64,000 bases of DNA from Antechinus flavipes (Eukaryota), in NCBI RefSeq assembly GCF_016432865.1, contig NC_067401.1, positions 30,628,001 to 30,692,000 on the forward strand, given 5' to 3'. Of the stretch, positions 1-19,300 are shown piece by piece; within the stretch, counting starts at the first letter, position 1; every line of letters starts with the position of its first letter. A program made the position numbers and the translations under genes. Under the pieces are notes generated by a model. The model was not told where the DNA came from. It saw only the letters and a list, made by a program, of their open reading frames with translations, and did no database searches.

Positions 1-50
1 ATCCATCCACCCACCCTCCCTCCCATCTATCCATCCACCCATCCTCCCTC
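1..50. repeat. Degenerate (CCAT/CCAC)n repeat in SARM1 intron 2
   Basis: atccatccacccaccctccc...ccatctatccatccacccatcc. Confidence 0.7.
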
Positions 51-64
51 TCTGTGTGCTCTTA

Positions 65-6581
<6,517 letters not shown>

Positions 6582-7624
6582 AGAGACTGAGTGGTCAGGG
6601 GAGCATCCTGAAGGCACAGGGCATGGGCTCCGACGGACAGGACCTTGGAGAGATGCTCTTAGGTGGCCGGAGGAGAAATGGAGAGGGGAGTCGGAAATGG
6701 AACGGGAGTGGTGGGCGGGTGGAGGCTGATGGAAGAAGTTGAGGGAGAGAGGAGCTGAAAGAGGGATGGGGACTGAAGGAAGCGGGGAGAGGTTGAGCTG
6801 GGACCAGGAGAGGGGACGAAGGGAGCGGCTGGTTATAGCGGGAGGCTGGGAATGGAGCAGGGAGGGCGTGGGGACGTTTACAGAAGCAACTGCGGATCAG
6901 AAGGTTAGGGGATGAAAGTCCCTCAGATGGGATAAAGGGCAGGGATGGAGACAGGGATGGAGGCAGGGAAGGAGGGTGCGGAGATGGAGAGCGGCCGGGA
7001 GAGGAGGGGACGAGGTGGGGGAGAGGAACCCGACGAGGGCCGCTGTGACTTCAGACTGCGGATGGAGCAGGCGCTTGCTTCTGACTGGGATGCTCCATCG
7101 GGCTTCTCTCGGATGCTCCTCCGACCGAGGCAGGGCTCCGAGGAGGCCGAACAAAGCGTCTTCTCTGGGAGGTTCCGAGAGCTGAGCGAAGACCCCGCCT
7201 CTGTCACTGAAGGACTGGGGAAGAATCCATGGCCCGCCCAGCTCGGGCCTAGCTTAGCTCCGGCTTTTGCCCCGCCCCTACTCTCCTTAGCATGCTCCTC
7301 GAACGTAAGGTCTTGGGGAGGAGCTGCTTCCTGCTGCCCCGCCCCTGGAAGCGTTCCCTTAGAAGGTGGGGGGTATCCTTCCTCAGGACACCCCAGCAAT
7401 GCCAGGTGACGCTCTGGGAACCTCAAGTGTCTCCTAGCTCTTCATAAAAGATTTATCCAGATGAATTTACAAATGAACTCTACAAAAGTCTAAACCCTAT
7501 GCCACAAAAATCTTTCTAAATATTGGAGAAAAGAAGGCATCATGTTATAATCTTTAAAAAAAAATAGTGTTTTTATTTTATTTTTTTCTTCAATTATGTG
7601 TAAAAGCAACTTTTAACATTCATT

Positions 7625-7800
7625 TTATTTATTTATTTTATTATTATAGCTTTTTATTTACAAAACATATGTATGGGCTTATTTTTCAACATTGACCCTT
7701 GCAAAACCATTTATTCCAAAATTTCCCCTCCTTCTCCCTCTCTCCCTTCTCTAGATAGCAGGTAGTCCAATACATGTTAAATATGTTAAAACACATTTTA
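7625..7800 (-). mobile_element. Short LINE-1 3' end
   Basis: Reverse complement of the same 3' terminal motif (ATTATAGCTTTTTATTTACAAAACATAT...TTGACCCTTGCAAAACC). Confidence 0.75.
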
Positions 7801-8109
7801 ACATTCATTTTACATAATTTTTGAGTTCCAAATCCTGTCCTTCCTTTCCTTCTCCTTTTCTTAAGAAAGTAAGTGCTTTGATATAGATTATAAAGTTGTG
7901 CAAAATATATTTCCATATTTTTGATGTTGCAAAAAAAAAAACAGACCAAAAAAAACACACCAAGAAAAATAAAGTTTAGAAAAAGTATGCTTTGATGTGT
8001 ATTCATACTCCATCAGTTCTTTTTCTGAAGGAGGATAGCATTTTTTTTTATCATAAATCCTTTGGAATCATCTTAGATTATTATATTGCTAAGAATAGCT
8101 AAGTCTTTA

Positions 8110-8830
8110 CCTGAACTGTTGCTAAGTGAAATGAGCAGAACCAGGAGATCTTTGTATTCGGGCAACAAGAAGATTATACGTAGATCAACTTTGATGGATG
8201 ATCAACTCTGATGCACATGGCTCTTTTCAACAACGAGATGATTCGGGCCAGTTGCAATGATCTTGTAATGAAGTTCTCTTTTACACCCAGAGAGAGGACT
8301 GTGGGAACTGTGGATCACAACATATCATTTTTACTTTTTGTTTTTGTTTGCTTACATTTTATTTTCTTTCTCATTTTTTCCTTTTTGATATGATTTTTCT
8401 TGTGAAGCAAGATAATTGTACAAATATGTATACATATATTGGATTTAACCTATATTTTTGCCATGTTTAACATATATTGGATTGCTTGCCATCTAGGGAA
8501 GGGGTGGGAGGAAGGGGAGGAAATTGGGACACAAGATTTTGCAAGGGTCAATGTTGAAAACTTATTCGTGCATAAGTTTTTTTTAAAATAACTTTTTATT
8601 GACAGAACCCATGCCAGGGTAATTTTTTTTTTTTTTACAACATTATCCCTTGCACTCACTTCTGTTTCGATTTTTCCCCTTCTTCCTTCCACCTCCTCCC
8701 CCAGATGGCAAGCAGTCCTATACATGTTAAATAGGTTACAGTATATCCTAGATACAATATATGTGTGCAGAACTGAACAGTGCTCTTGTTCATGCATATA
8801 TTTTGAAACTAAAAAGATTTAATAAAAAAG
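8110..8830. mobile_element. Nested L1 3' ends: minus-strand copy (about 8578-8790) inserted in a plus-strand copy (8110-8575, resuming near 8790)
   Basis: The plus-strand 3' UTR breaks at ...TTCGTGCATA and resumes at CATGCATATATTTTGAAA after an inverted L1 terminus. Confidence 0.65.
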
Positions 8831-10049
8831 AAAAAAAGAATAGCTGTCATTCACTATTGATCATCATACAATATTACTTATTGAGTACAATGATCTGATT
8901 TTGCTCGATTCATTTTGCATCAATTCATGTAAGTCTTTCCAGGTTTTTTTGAGACCATCTTGCTTGTCATTTGTGTAGTACAATGGTATTCCATCACAAT
9001 TGTATATCATAATTTGTTTAGTCATTTCCCAATTTATGAGTATTTTTTCAATTTCCAATTCTTTTCCACCACAAAAAGAGCTGCTGTAAATATTTTTATT
9101 GTATCCTTTTTATGAGATAATTATAGTCCTACTACACAAACAAGTAAAGGATATAGCAGAGAAGTAGCACAACAGACTAATCTCACTAGGACCTATTAAT
9201 AAAAAAAATTTTAACAAAAAAAATTTAAAAGGCTATAGCAATATGTAAAATATTATTATCAGTGGCCAAGTTGGTAAAGTTCAAAATAAGGGATAGACTA
9301 GATGACTTTTGAGGTCCCTTCAAGGCCAACATATATTATCCTATTTATTAGACAGAAAACAAAAACCACATGATTAAACTGATAAGAGCTAAGAATTAGA
9401 TATAATTTCATTGATATAGAGAACTCTTGGATAAGGAACTTTCTCCATAGATTTCCTCATTTAATGTCTATACTTTCTCTATAATTGTCTTAGAGAGTTG
9501 TCCAGAAAACTGAAAAGTTAAGTGACTTGCCCAGAGTCATATGGCTAGCATTGGGAGAGACAGGATATATTTCCAGGTGTTCTTGGTTCGTTAGCCAACT
9601 CCTTATGTATCCCACTAGGCTGCTCCAAATTAGATGAATAGGTAAAAAAAGCCTAAAGTAAAATATAATATTGATTTATGTTAAAACCTGTCCTCTAAAA
9701 GAAAAGTATATATGTAATACATACACAGATACATATACACACACACACATATATGTATCTATATAGCACTATCTCTATATATGTATATATATAAACTAGT
9801 ATTACTATAATGGAAAATTACTGTAAACATTCTCAGTAAACGGGGATAAAGCATATCACTTCTCTCTTTTATTATTTGGCCAAATATTAGCTATAGTGTA
9901 TGATAAGATAAAGTGGTTAATAAATATAGACAAATTACAGAATGAAAAAAATCCACAGAAATCATCAAAACAGGAAGAAATTAAGTACACACCATATCAG
10001 ATTTAATCTACTTATTTTAATCTGTTTTATTGAGAATTTAACAAATGCC

Positions 10050-10610
10050 AAATAATGAGCAATTCTGTGTTAGCTGACATTTATATGATATGCTTTAAAT
10101 TAAGTAACTTGTTCAGGGTTACACAGCTTGTAAGAAACAAGAAATTGGAGGAATTCGGAGAAGTATGGTAAGAAAGCAAATCAATGAAAGTTCTGAGATA
10201 CTCAGAAACTGGGAAGGTGGATTTGAATAATTGAAGCAATACCCATTATTTAAGATTAGGTTTGAAGCATCAAATCTGAATGATACTGGTCAAAAATTAC
10301 AAGAGTTGATCAATTGGACAGACTTGACAACTAGAACCTAGAAACAAATAACCACAGTAAAACTGAGTTTAAGAAATCCAAGAATGCCAATTCCTAGGGC
10401 AAGAACTTCCATTTCGTCAAGAACTACTGGGAAAATTGGAAAGTAGTTGGGTAAAAAAATAAGTTTAAACCAACATCTTATATTACATACCACAATAAAC
10501 TCCAGATGTATAAGCAACCTCAATGTAAAAAAAGCACATAATATTAAAATTAGAGGAGAATCAAAGAATCTTTCAGAACTACGGTTAGAAGGAGAATTTA
10601 CAACCAAAGG
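10050..10610 (+). mobile_element. Old, degraded LINE-1 ORF2 fragment
   Basis: CTACTGGGAAAATTGGAAAGTAGTTGGG...ACCAACATCTTATATTACATACCACAATAAACTCCAGATG resembles the ORF2 segment NCWENW...HLTPYTKINSKW. Confidence 0.5.
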
Positions 10611-11860
10611 ACAGAGGAGATCAGGAAAGTCAAATGCACTATTTTATTCTATTCACATACTACAATTTGTTAAGCCACTCTCCAATTCGATTCCACATTC
10701 ACTGTTTCCATTGCCTCCCTCCCACCCCCAACCATTAAAATGTTTTGAATATTTTGCTGTATTGGGGACCTTCTTTCTGTGTTTGACCTCTTTGCAGGCA
10801 TGGGATAGGAAGGAATAATTCCAGTAGTAGAATCATTGAGTCAGATGGCATGAAAAAATGCACAGAAGGGAACTGAAGGAAGTAACAGACAAAGAGGACA
10901 GTTTTGAAAGTTACAGGTTGAATTTATTATATATTTTCAAAGAAAAGCAAGCTGGAGAAATGATGTGGTTTCGTGTACAATTCATCTTCTAGTCACTAGG
11001 TGGTGTAGCGGACAGAAGGTTAGTGGTAAGATGGAAACTAAGTGTTGGTGAATTGGCTTGAGGAGGAGTGGTACACATTGTGGCATGCGAATGCAACAGA
11101 ATTACTGCTTTATAAGAAATAAGGAATCGGAGGCATTCAGAGAAGTATGGTAAGATTTGTATGACCTGATGCAAATCAAAGAAACTCAGATTAGGAGAAT
11201 AAAACACCCAGTCACTACAATAACAAATGAAAATGTGCTAACAGGTAATCAGATTGATTATTCATTATTTTCAAGTTTAGTACCACAACAACAACAACAA
11301 AAGGTAAAACATCTTTCCATTTCGTAGAGAATTGAGGGGATATGAGATATTGTGTACACCAAAAGAGGTACTTTCTGTGTCAATTTTGCTTAATTGTTTT
11401 GTCTGTCCCAAGGAAAGGTAGCTAATGGGATAATGTTAGGAAGTGACTTAGGTATGAGAACAAAAGGCATAAAAAAAACCCCTCAACTTTTTTGTGTTTT
11501 TAAGACTTGTGTAGGTATAGACATTCCAGATTTGGAATCAGAGGACCTATATTCAAAACTCCGCTCTGCTCTCCATATAACATTTGTGCAAATTACTTTT
11601 CTTGTTTGAGCCTCAGTTTTCCCAGCTGTGAAATGAGGGATTTGGATTAGTTGATCTGAAAGGTTGCATCCTCAGAATTAAAAAAAACAAAAACAAAATC
11701 AATAACATTTGACCCCTGGATCTTGAAGTGCATTTTCATATTCTCTCTCTTCACATTCTCTCTTTTGTCTTCATCTATGTACTGACTGTGGGACACCATT
11801 GTTCTTTGTTCTTGCCTTTTTACCCCTTGGTGAAATCTAAATCTGCTTTTCCCTTGGGGG

Positions 11861-11863
<3 letters not shown>

Positions 11864-11915
<52 letters not shown>
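11864..11915. repeat. (GA)26 microsatellite
   Basis: Uninterrupted GA dinucleotide run. Confidence 0.97.
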
Positions 11916-11918
<3 letters not shown>

Positions 11919-13154
11919 GGAGGAGAGCTTTCACCTGCTTCTAGCTTTATCATCCCTCTCTTCAGGGAGGTTTAATAGAAAGATTGGATTTGGAATCAGA
12001 GATTTGGGGCTACCTAATCAATGTGTTACCTTTGGTCAATTACTTTTCTGTATGTCCAGGTTTGTTTTGTTTTATTTTCTTGCAAATTGCCTATTGAGCT
12101 AAGGAAATTTTCACCTCTAAATCCTATAATCCTTTGGTGCCCAGGGTCAGGATAACCCTCAGGGCATGAAAGTTCCTTCCCAACTCTCTATCCCATTTAG
12201 GACCCCTTAATGAAGGGCAGAAAAAGGGCTCCTGAAGTCAGGGAAGAGAAGGACAGAACTTTATAGATAAAAAACCCTCTCTCACTCCCTTATCTCCACC
12301 TCTCTCCAGGTCACTCAATAAAGAGAATGAAATTGTTGTTCTTCCCTACCCCCCAATCCTCTCAGACCCCAGACGTCTGTTAACCAGTAACCAACAGAGG
12401 ATAGATGAAAGGTCAGGGTTGAAAATTCAGATGTGCCCCTGATTTTTTCAGGTTCCCTCCTCCCTAGGGATTTTTCATTTTTTAGCACCTATTCTAATCA
12501 TAATGGATGAAGGGGACTCAAAATTGTGTCCTTTGAGAAAAAGAGGAATAATTGAAGAAGTGGGGAATGTTAATGGAGAAAAGAAGGCTTGGGAAGGACA
12601 TGAAAGCTATCTTCAAATACCAAAATGGCAGAAGAGATAAGATTATTTTTGTATCTTCCCACAGAATAAAACTTTGTAGTATGTAGTTAGATTGCTTTTT
12701 AAAATCAGGAAAGAGATATCAGTCAGAGCTATCCAGTAATGAAAAAGGTAGTGAGCTTCCCTTACTAGAATTATGCAAGATTCTAGATGCTTTATAGGGG
12801 ACTTCTCCATGGGCTAAGACAATACAATAGTGATTATAACTCAAATTTCTGCAATTCTTTAAAGTTTGCAAATCATTTTATATACACAAGGATATCTGAG
12901 TCTCGCAGTGATCATCTGGAGGAGATATTTATATTTCACCCCATTTTGCAGCCAAGTAAGGTGGCTTTAAAAAATTGGCTGGCTTGCTCTGTTCCACACA
13001 ATGTTTGAAACAAAATTTAAATCTGAGTCTTCCTGACTCCTAGTCCTGTGCTCTATCTGCTTTGCAACACTGTTGATCAAAGATCCCATCCCGCTCAATG
13101 CTTTCAGAGTTTCTAAAGAGGGACAATAGTGATATTCTTTCTTCGCCAGGACTT

Positions 13155-13225
13155 CTGTCTTTGACCTTCTGATCATTGGGCAGGCTGGGAAGAGAGAGGT
13201 TGGGCAAACAGAGTTAAAGGCACCT
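13155..13225 (+). promoter_or_regulatory. Putative VTN proximal promoter (DR1-like nuclear receptor site and forkhead site)
   Basis: CTGTCTTTGACCT at 13155-13167 (reverse complement AGGTCA-A-AGACAG) and GCAAACA at 13204-13210, about 110-165 nt upstream of the ATG. Confidence 0.4.
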
Positions 13226-13319
13226 CCTCCTTCCTGCCCTCCCCCTTCCTTTCTCAGTTTGTCCCTTACTTGGAGCCCACAGTAGTTCAGGACGCGTCTT
13301 CGTACCGACTCGGAGGGAC

Positions 13320-16300
13320 ATGTCCCTCACTTCTCTTCTCTTGGTCCTCCTTGTCTGTGCTGCTTCAGCTGATCACGGTAACAAGTCCCAGTGAGGGTTG
13401 GGATGGGTACTAACTTAAGCAGGGCAAGAAGAACCTGGACACCAACTCCCACGTCCATTCACTTCACCGTCCATTGACAGACATAGGTGGGAAGGCTCTC
13501 GGGTGCTTGGGGATACCTGCCTAACAGTAAGACCAGCCGAGACAAGTTTAATTCCCTCTTCTCCCCTGATCCCCTTCCCACCCAATGCAGAGTCATGTCG
13601 TGGCCGCTGCCAAGAAGGATTCAATTCCAAAAAGAAGTGCCAGTGTGATGAACTCTGCTCCTATTATCAAAGCTGCTGTATAGATTACGTGGAAATCTGC
13701 AAACCCCAAGGTATGGCGCCTGCCTCCCTGAGCTTCACAGTAGGACACAAGATATTTGCAAGGCTGCTGGGAGATAGCTTTAGGAAGGGATCTGGGCTCC
13801 CTGTTGGAGGGAGGGGGGAGGGGATCATCTAGAACTAGGTCATCATGGCTAAGTCATTTGGTCCCTCTAAGTCTCAGGATCTTCAGCTGTAAAATGAGAT
13901 AATCACACCAATAATACTTCACAGGGCTGCTATGTATCTTGTAAAGCTTACAATGGTACAAATGTGTCAATTATTGTTAGTAATGATAGTCAAGGTAGTA
14001 GTAGTCAAGAAATCAATCAATAAGCATTTATTAAGTACTTGTTATATGCTAGGCACTATGCAAATGATGGAATACAAAGAAAGCTACAAACTGCCCTTAT
14101 TCTTTTTGTGTGAGATTCAAATGAGGTTTTTATTTCTTTTTCATATTTCTTTTTAAGAGTATATATATTTTTAATTTACTTTTTATTTACAAAACATACG
14201 CATGGGTAATTTTTTATCATTAACCCTTGCGAAACCTTCTGTTCCAACTTTTCCCCTCCTTTACTCCACCCCCTTCCCTAGATGGCAAGTAGTCCCATAC
14301 ATATTAAATATGTTGAAATATATGTTAAATGCAATGTATGTATACATATTTATGCAGTTATCTTGCTGCATAGGAAAAATCAGATTTAAAAGAATGCAAA
14401 AATAACCTTAGAAGGAAAATAAAAATGCAAGCAAACAATAACAGAAAGAATGTAAATGCTATGTTGTGGTCCACACTCATTTCCTATAGTTTTTCCACTG
14501 GGTATAGCTGGTTCTCTTCATTACTTAACAATTGGAGTTGATTTGGATCATTCCATTATTGAAGAGAGCCACTTCCTTTGGAGTTGATCATCATATAGTA
14601 TTGTTGTTGAAGTATATAATGATCTCCTGGTTCTGCTCATTTCACTTAGTTCATGTAAGTCTCTCCAAGCCTCTCTTTATTCATCCTGTTGGTCATTTCT
14701 TACAGAATAATATTCCATAACATTCATACATCACAATTTATTCAGCCATTCTCCAATTGATGGGCATCCATTCATTTTCCAGTTTCTAGCCACTACAAAA
14801 AGGACTGTCACAAACGTTTTTGCACATACAGGTCCCTTTCCCTTCTTTAATATCTCTTTGATATATAAGCCCAGTAGAAACACTGCTGGATCAAAAGGAA
14901 TGCACAGTTTGATAACTTTTTGAGCATAGTTCCAAATTGCTCTCCAGAATGGTTGGATGTAATCACAATTCCACCAGCAATGTATCAGTGTCCCTGTTTT
15001 CCCACATCCCCTCCAACATTCATCATTATCTTTTCCTGTCATTCTAGCCAGTCTGACAGGTGTGTAGTGGTATCTCAGATTTGTCTTAATTTGCATTTCT
15101 CCGATCAATAATGATTTGGAGCATCTTTTTATATGGCTAGAAATGGTTTCAATTTCTTCGTCTGAGAATTGTCTGTTCATATCCTTTGACCATTTATCAA
15201 TTGGAGAATGGCTTGATTTCTTATATATTAGAGTCAATTCTCTATTTATTTTGGAAATGAGGCCTTTATCAGAACCTTTGACTTAAAAATATTCTCCCAG
15301 TTTATTGCTTCCCTTCTAATCTTGTAACAGCCCGTATTCTTGAAGAGTTTATATTCTAATGGAGAAAGAGGGGACAATATTTCTTTCTAGCTAGGATCAA
15401 TGTGCTTTAGGGATGATGGTGATGTTCCTCCTCCCCCTCAGCTCCTCGTGTATGTGTTTCTTATATGATTTACCTTTTGCCAATGATAGTATTGGAGGCT
15501 CAGGGCTTTTTCTTTCCCTAGTGACCCGTGGAGATGTGTTTGCCCTGCCTGAGGATGAGTACTCAGACATTGATTATGAGAGCCAGAATGTCAGCACCAG
15601 GGATCCTGTCACTGGCATCATCACCACCCCCAACCCTACTGAAAGTAGCACCCAGTTCACTAGGACAGAGTCTGTCTCCAACACAGGACTGGAAACCATC
15701 CAAGGGATCATAGATCCAGAATCCACCATTGGAACCCACTTTACAAAACCTGAAGAAGGGGAAAGGGACCAAGAGGAAGCAATGTGCAATGGAGAACCTT
15801 TTGATGCTTTCACTGACCTCAAGAATGGCTCCCTTTTTGCTTTCCGAGGTATCCAAGAGGGCAGAAAGCCAAGGGGATATTGAGCCAGAGGAGCTACAGG
15901 GGATAAAGATGGGGTAAAGGGAAGCGAGGGAGGTATTAGGCTTGGAAAAATCATTTATTCAGGCTCTACTCTTCCTTTCTTTACCTTGGGAATTCCAGGG
16001 AAGTATTTCTATGAGCTGGATGAAAAAAGTGCGCTTCCTGGGTACCCTAAGCTGATCCAAGATGTCTGGGGCATTGAGGGGCCTATTGATGCTGCCTTTA
16101 CCAGGATCAACTGCCAGGGGAAAACCTACCTCTTCAAGGTGGGAGTGAAAATAAGAAAGCCCCCGGGGAAAGAATTGCTGGGGAGGGGAGAGGGCTAAAC
16201 ATTTATTTTGAGAAATGCTAGGTATAAGAGACAAAGCATGATTTATAAAGGAAGATGGGTTAGCTTAGGTCCCTTGACATCAACTCTCAGGCTGAAGGTA

Positions 16301-19300
16301 CTATTGGAGCTCCAAGGGCAGGAGATAGGCAGCCTGTGAGGGTGGGAGGAAGCATCTTCTTTAGGGAGGCAGTATGATACAGAAAAAAGAGCATCAGGTT
16401 TGAAATGGGAGAAATTAGGTTTGAACTCTGTGAGATTTTAGGTATGTCACTTCACATCTCTGAGCCTCAGTTTCCTCACCTGTAAAATGGACTAGATGAC
16501 CTCAGAGATCCTTTCTAACTAAGATCTATGATCTCAACCTCCCTTCCCACAGGGCAGCTTATACTGGCGCTTTGAGGATGGCATCCTGGACCCGGGTTTC
16601 CCAAAGAACATCTCCGATGGCTTCAGAAATATTCCAAACAATCTTGATGCTGCTGTGGCCCTCCCCGCCCATAGCTATAGTGGCCAAGAGCGAGCTTACT
16701 TCTTCAAAGGTTTGGAGGCTTAATGAGGGAGGAGGGAAAAGGAGAAGGAGGATGCAGGTCATGTAATCATTATCCAATCCATTATCCATTATCCAGCATG
16801 GCCTTAGGAGTTTAGTTCTTCCATTTTCTAGACCTGATTCTTTTTGTAGGGTCACTTACACCAGAGACCTTTTGTAATTGCCAAAGCTTCTACCTGCATC
16901 ATCAGGCTAGGACAGTGTTGCAAATTAACACCCATTTTACTTGTTTCCTCTCATATCTCAGTGGCCTTCATCAAAAACATTAAGAACAGCACAGAGGCAG
17001 TTTGGCAACAAGAAAGACCTTGGTTTGAATATCACTGATGAGACTTATTATCTCTTTGGTCCTGTGCCAGTTTAGCCTTTATAAGTTTCAATTGGATCAA
17101 ATGGAAGACTACATATAAACTCTTTTGCAAACCCTAGAGAAAACTCAGCAACTATTACTAGGGACCCTAAAAACCATTTTGTCTAAACCCCTCATTTTCT
17201 TTTTTATTGCTTTATTTTTTCTGGTTATATGTGTACATTCATTTTTTTTATTATAGCTTTTTATTGACAGAATATATGCATGGGTAATTTTTCAACATTG
17301 ACCCTTGCAAAAACTTCTGTTCCAACTTTTCCCCTCCTTCCCTCCACCCCCTCCCCTAGATGGCAGATAGTCCCATACATGTTAAACATGTTAAAGTATA
17401 TGTTAAATACAATATGGTACATTCTTTTTTTTATTATATCTTTTTATTTACAAGTTATATGCATGGGTAATTTTACAGTATTGACAATTGACAAATCTTT
17501 TGTTCCAATTTTTCCCTTCCTTTCTCCCATCCCCTCCCCCCGATGGCAGGTTGACCAATACATGTTAAGTATGTTAAAGCATATATGTCCTAACAGTTAT
17601 TTTGCTGTACAAAAAGAATCGGAGTTTGAAATAGTGTACAAATAGCCTGTGAAGGAAATCAAAAATGCAGGTGGGCAAAAATAGAGGGATTGGGAATTCT
17701 ATGTAGTGGTTCATGCAGAACCATCTCCCAGAGTTCTTTCGCTGGGTGTAGCTGGTTCAGTTCATTACTGCTCTATTGGAACTGATTTGGTTCATCTCAT
17801 TACTGAAGATGGCCATGTCCATCATACAGTATTGTTGTTGTTGTTGTATAATTGTTGTTGTTATATAATGAAGTATATAATGATCTCCTGGTCCTGTTCA
17901 TTTCACTCAGCATCAGTTCATGTAAGTCTCTCCAGGCCTTTCTGAAATCATCCTATTGGTCATTTCTTACCAAAATGTTCTTGCATAACATTCATATACC
18001 ACCATTTATTCAGCCATTCTCCAATTGATGGGCATCCACTCAGTTTCCAGTTTCTGGTCACTATAAAGAGGGCTTCCACAAACATTCTTGCACATACAGG
18101 CCCCTTTTCCTTCTTTAAAATCTCTTTGAGATATAAGCCCAGTAGAAACACTGCTGGATCAAAGGGTATGCACAGTTTGATAACTTTTTGAGTATAGTTC
18201 CAAATTGCTCTCCAGAATGGTTGGATGTATTCACAATTCCACCAAAAAAAATCCCAGTTTTCCTGCATCCCCTCCAACATTCCGCATTATCTTTTCCTGT
18301 CATCCTAGCCAATCTGACAGGTGTGTAGTGGTATCTCAGAGTTGTCTTAATTTGCATTTCTCTGATCTTCCATATAAGTGGAAATAATTTCAATTTCATC
18401 ATCTGAAAATTATCTGTTCATATCCTTTGACCATTTATCAATTGGAGAATGGCTTGATTTCTTATAAATTAGAATCAATTCTCTATATATTTTGGAAATA
18501 AGGCCTTTATCAGAACCTTTGACTTAAAAATGTTTTCCCAGTTTATTGCTTTCCTTCTAATTTTGGCTGCATTAGTTTTGTTTGTAGTATATTCATTTTT
18601 AAAAAACACATTTCTTTGTGGATCATATTGAGAGAGAAAAATCAGAACAAAAGGAAAAAATCACGAGAGAAAAAAATGAGACAAATAAAAGTGAACATAG
18701 CATGTATTGATTTACGTTCAGTTTTCATAGCTCTCTCTCTGGATGCAGATGGTGTTTTCTATACAAAGTTTATTGGGATTGCCTTGGATCACAGAGCCAT
18801 TGAGAAGAACCAAGTCTTTCATAGTTGACATTGCACAATCTTGCTGTTCCTGTGTACAGGAATTTGTGATTCTGCTTGTTTCACTCCGATCAGTTTGTGC
18901 AAATATTTCCAGGCCTTTCTAAAATTAGCTTGTTCACCATTTTTTATAGAACAATAATATTCCATTACTTTCATATGCCATAACTTATTCAGCCATTCCC
19001 CAATTGATGGGCATCTATTTACTTTCCAATTCTTTGCCACCACAAAAAGAGCTATTATAAACATTTTTGCACATGTGGCAAACCTCTCATTTTCCAGAGG
19101 AAAAATGAAACTGTGCTATATCCAAAGTGTCTTAGAAAATGGCTCTAGAATCCTCTACTATTCCATTTCAAGACAGGAAGATTTGTATTCACTGAAGTCC
19201 ATGTGCTCCAACCTCAATCCCCTTTCAGGTCGAGGGAAAGAAACACAAATTAATTAAGTCCCTACTATGTGCCAGACAGTTAAAACCTGGAGTCAGGAAG

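Noticed and set aside
6897-7426. ORFs of 154-167 aa on both strands upstream of SARM1
   Set aside because: Low-complexity purine-rich, GC-rich promoter/5' UTR sequence with no recognisable domain.
14731-15237. 168-aa ORF in VTN intron 2
   Set aside because: L1 ORF2 C-terminal remnant, not a host gene; the 17960-19064 ORFs are the same.
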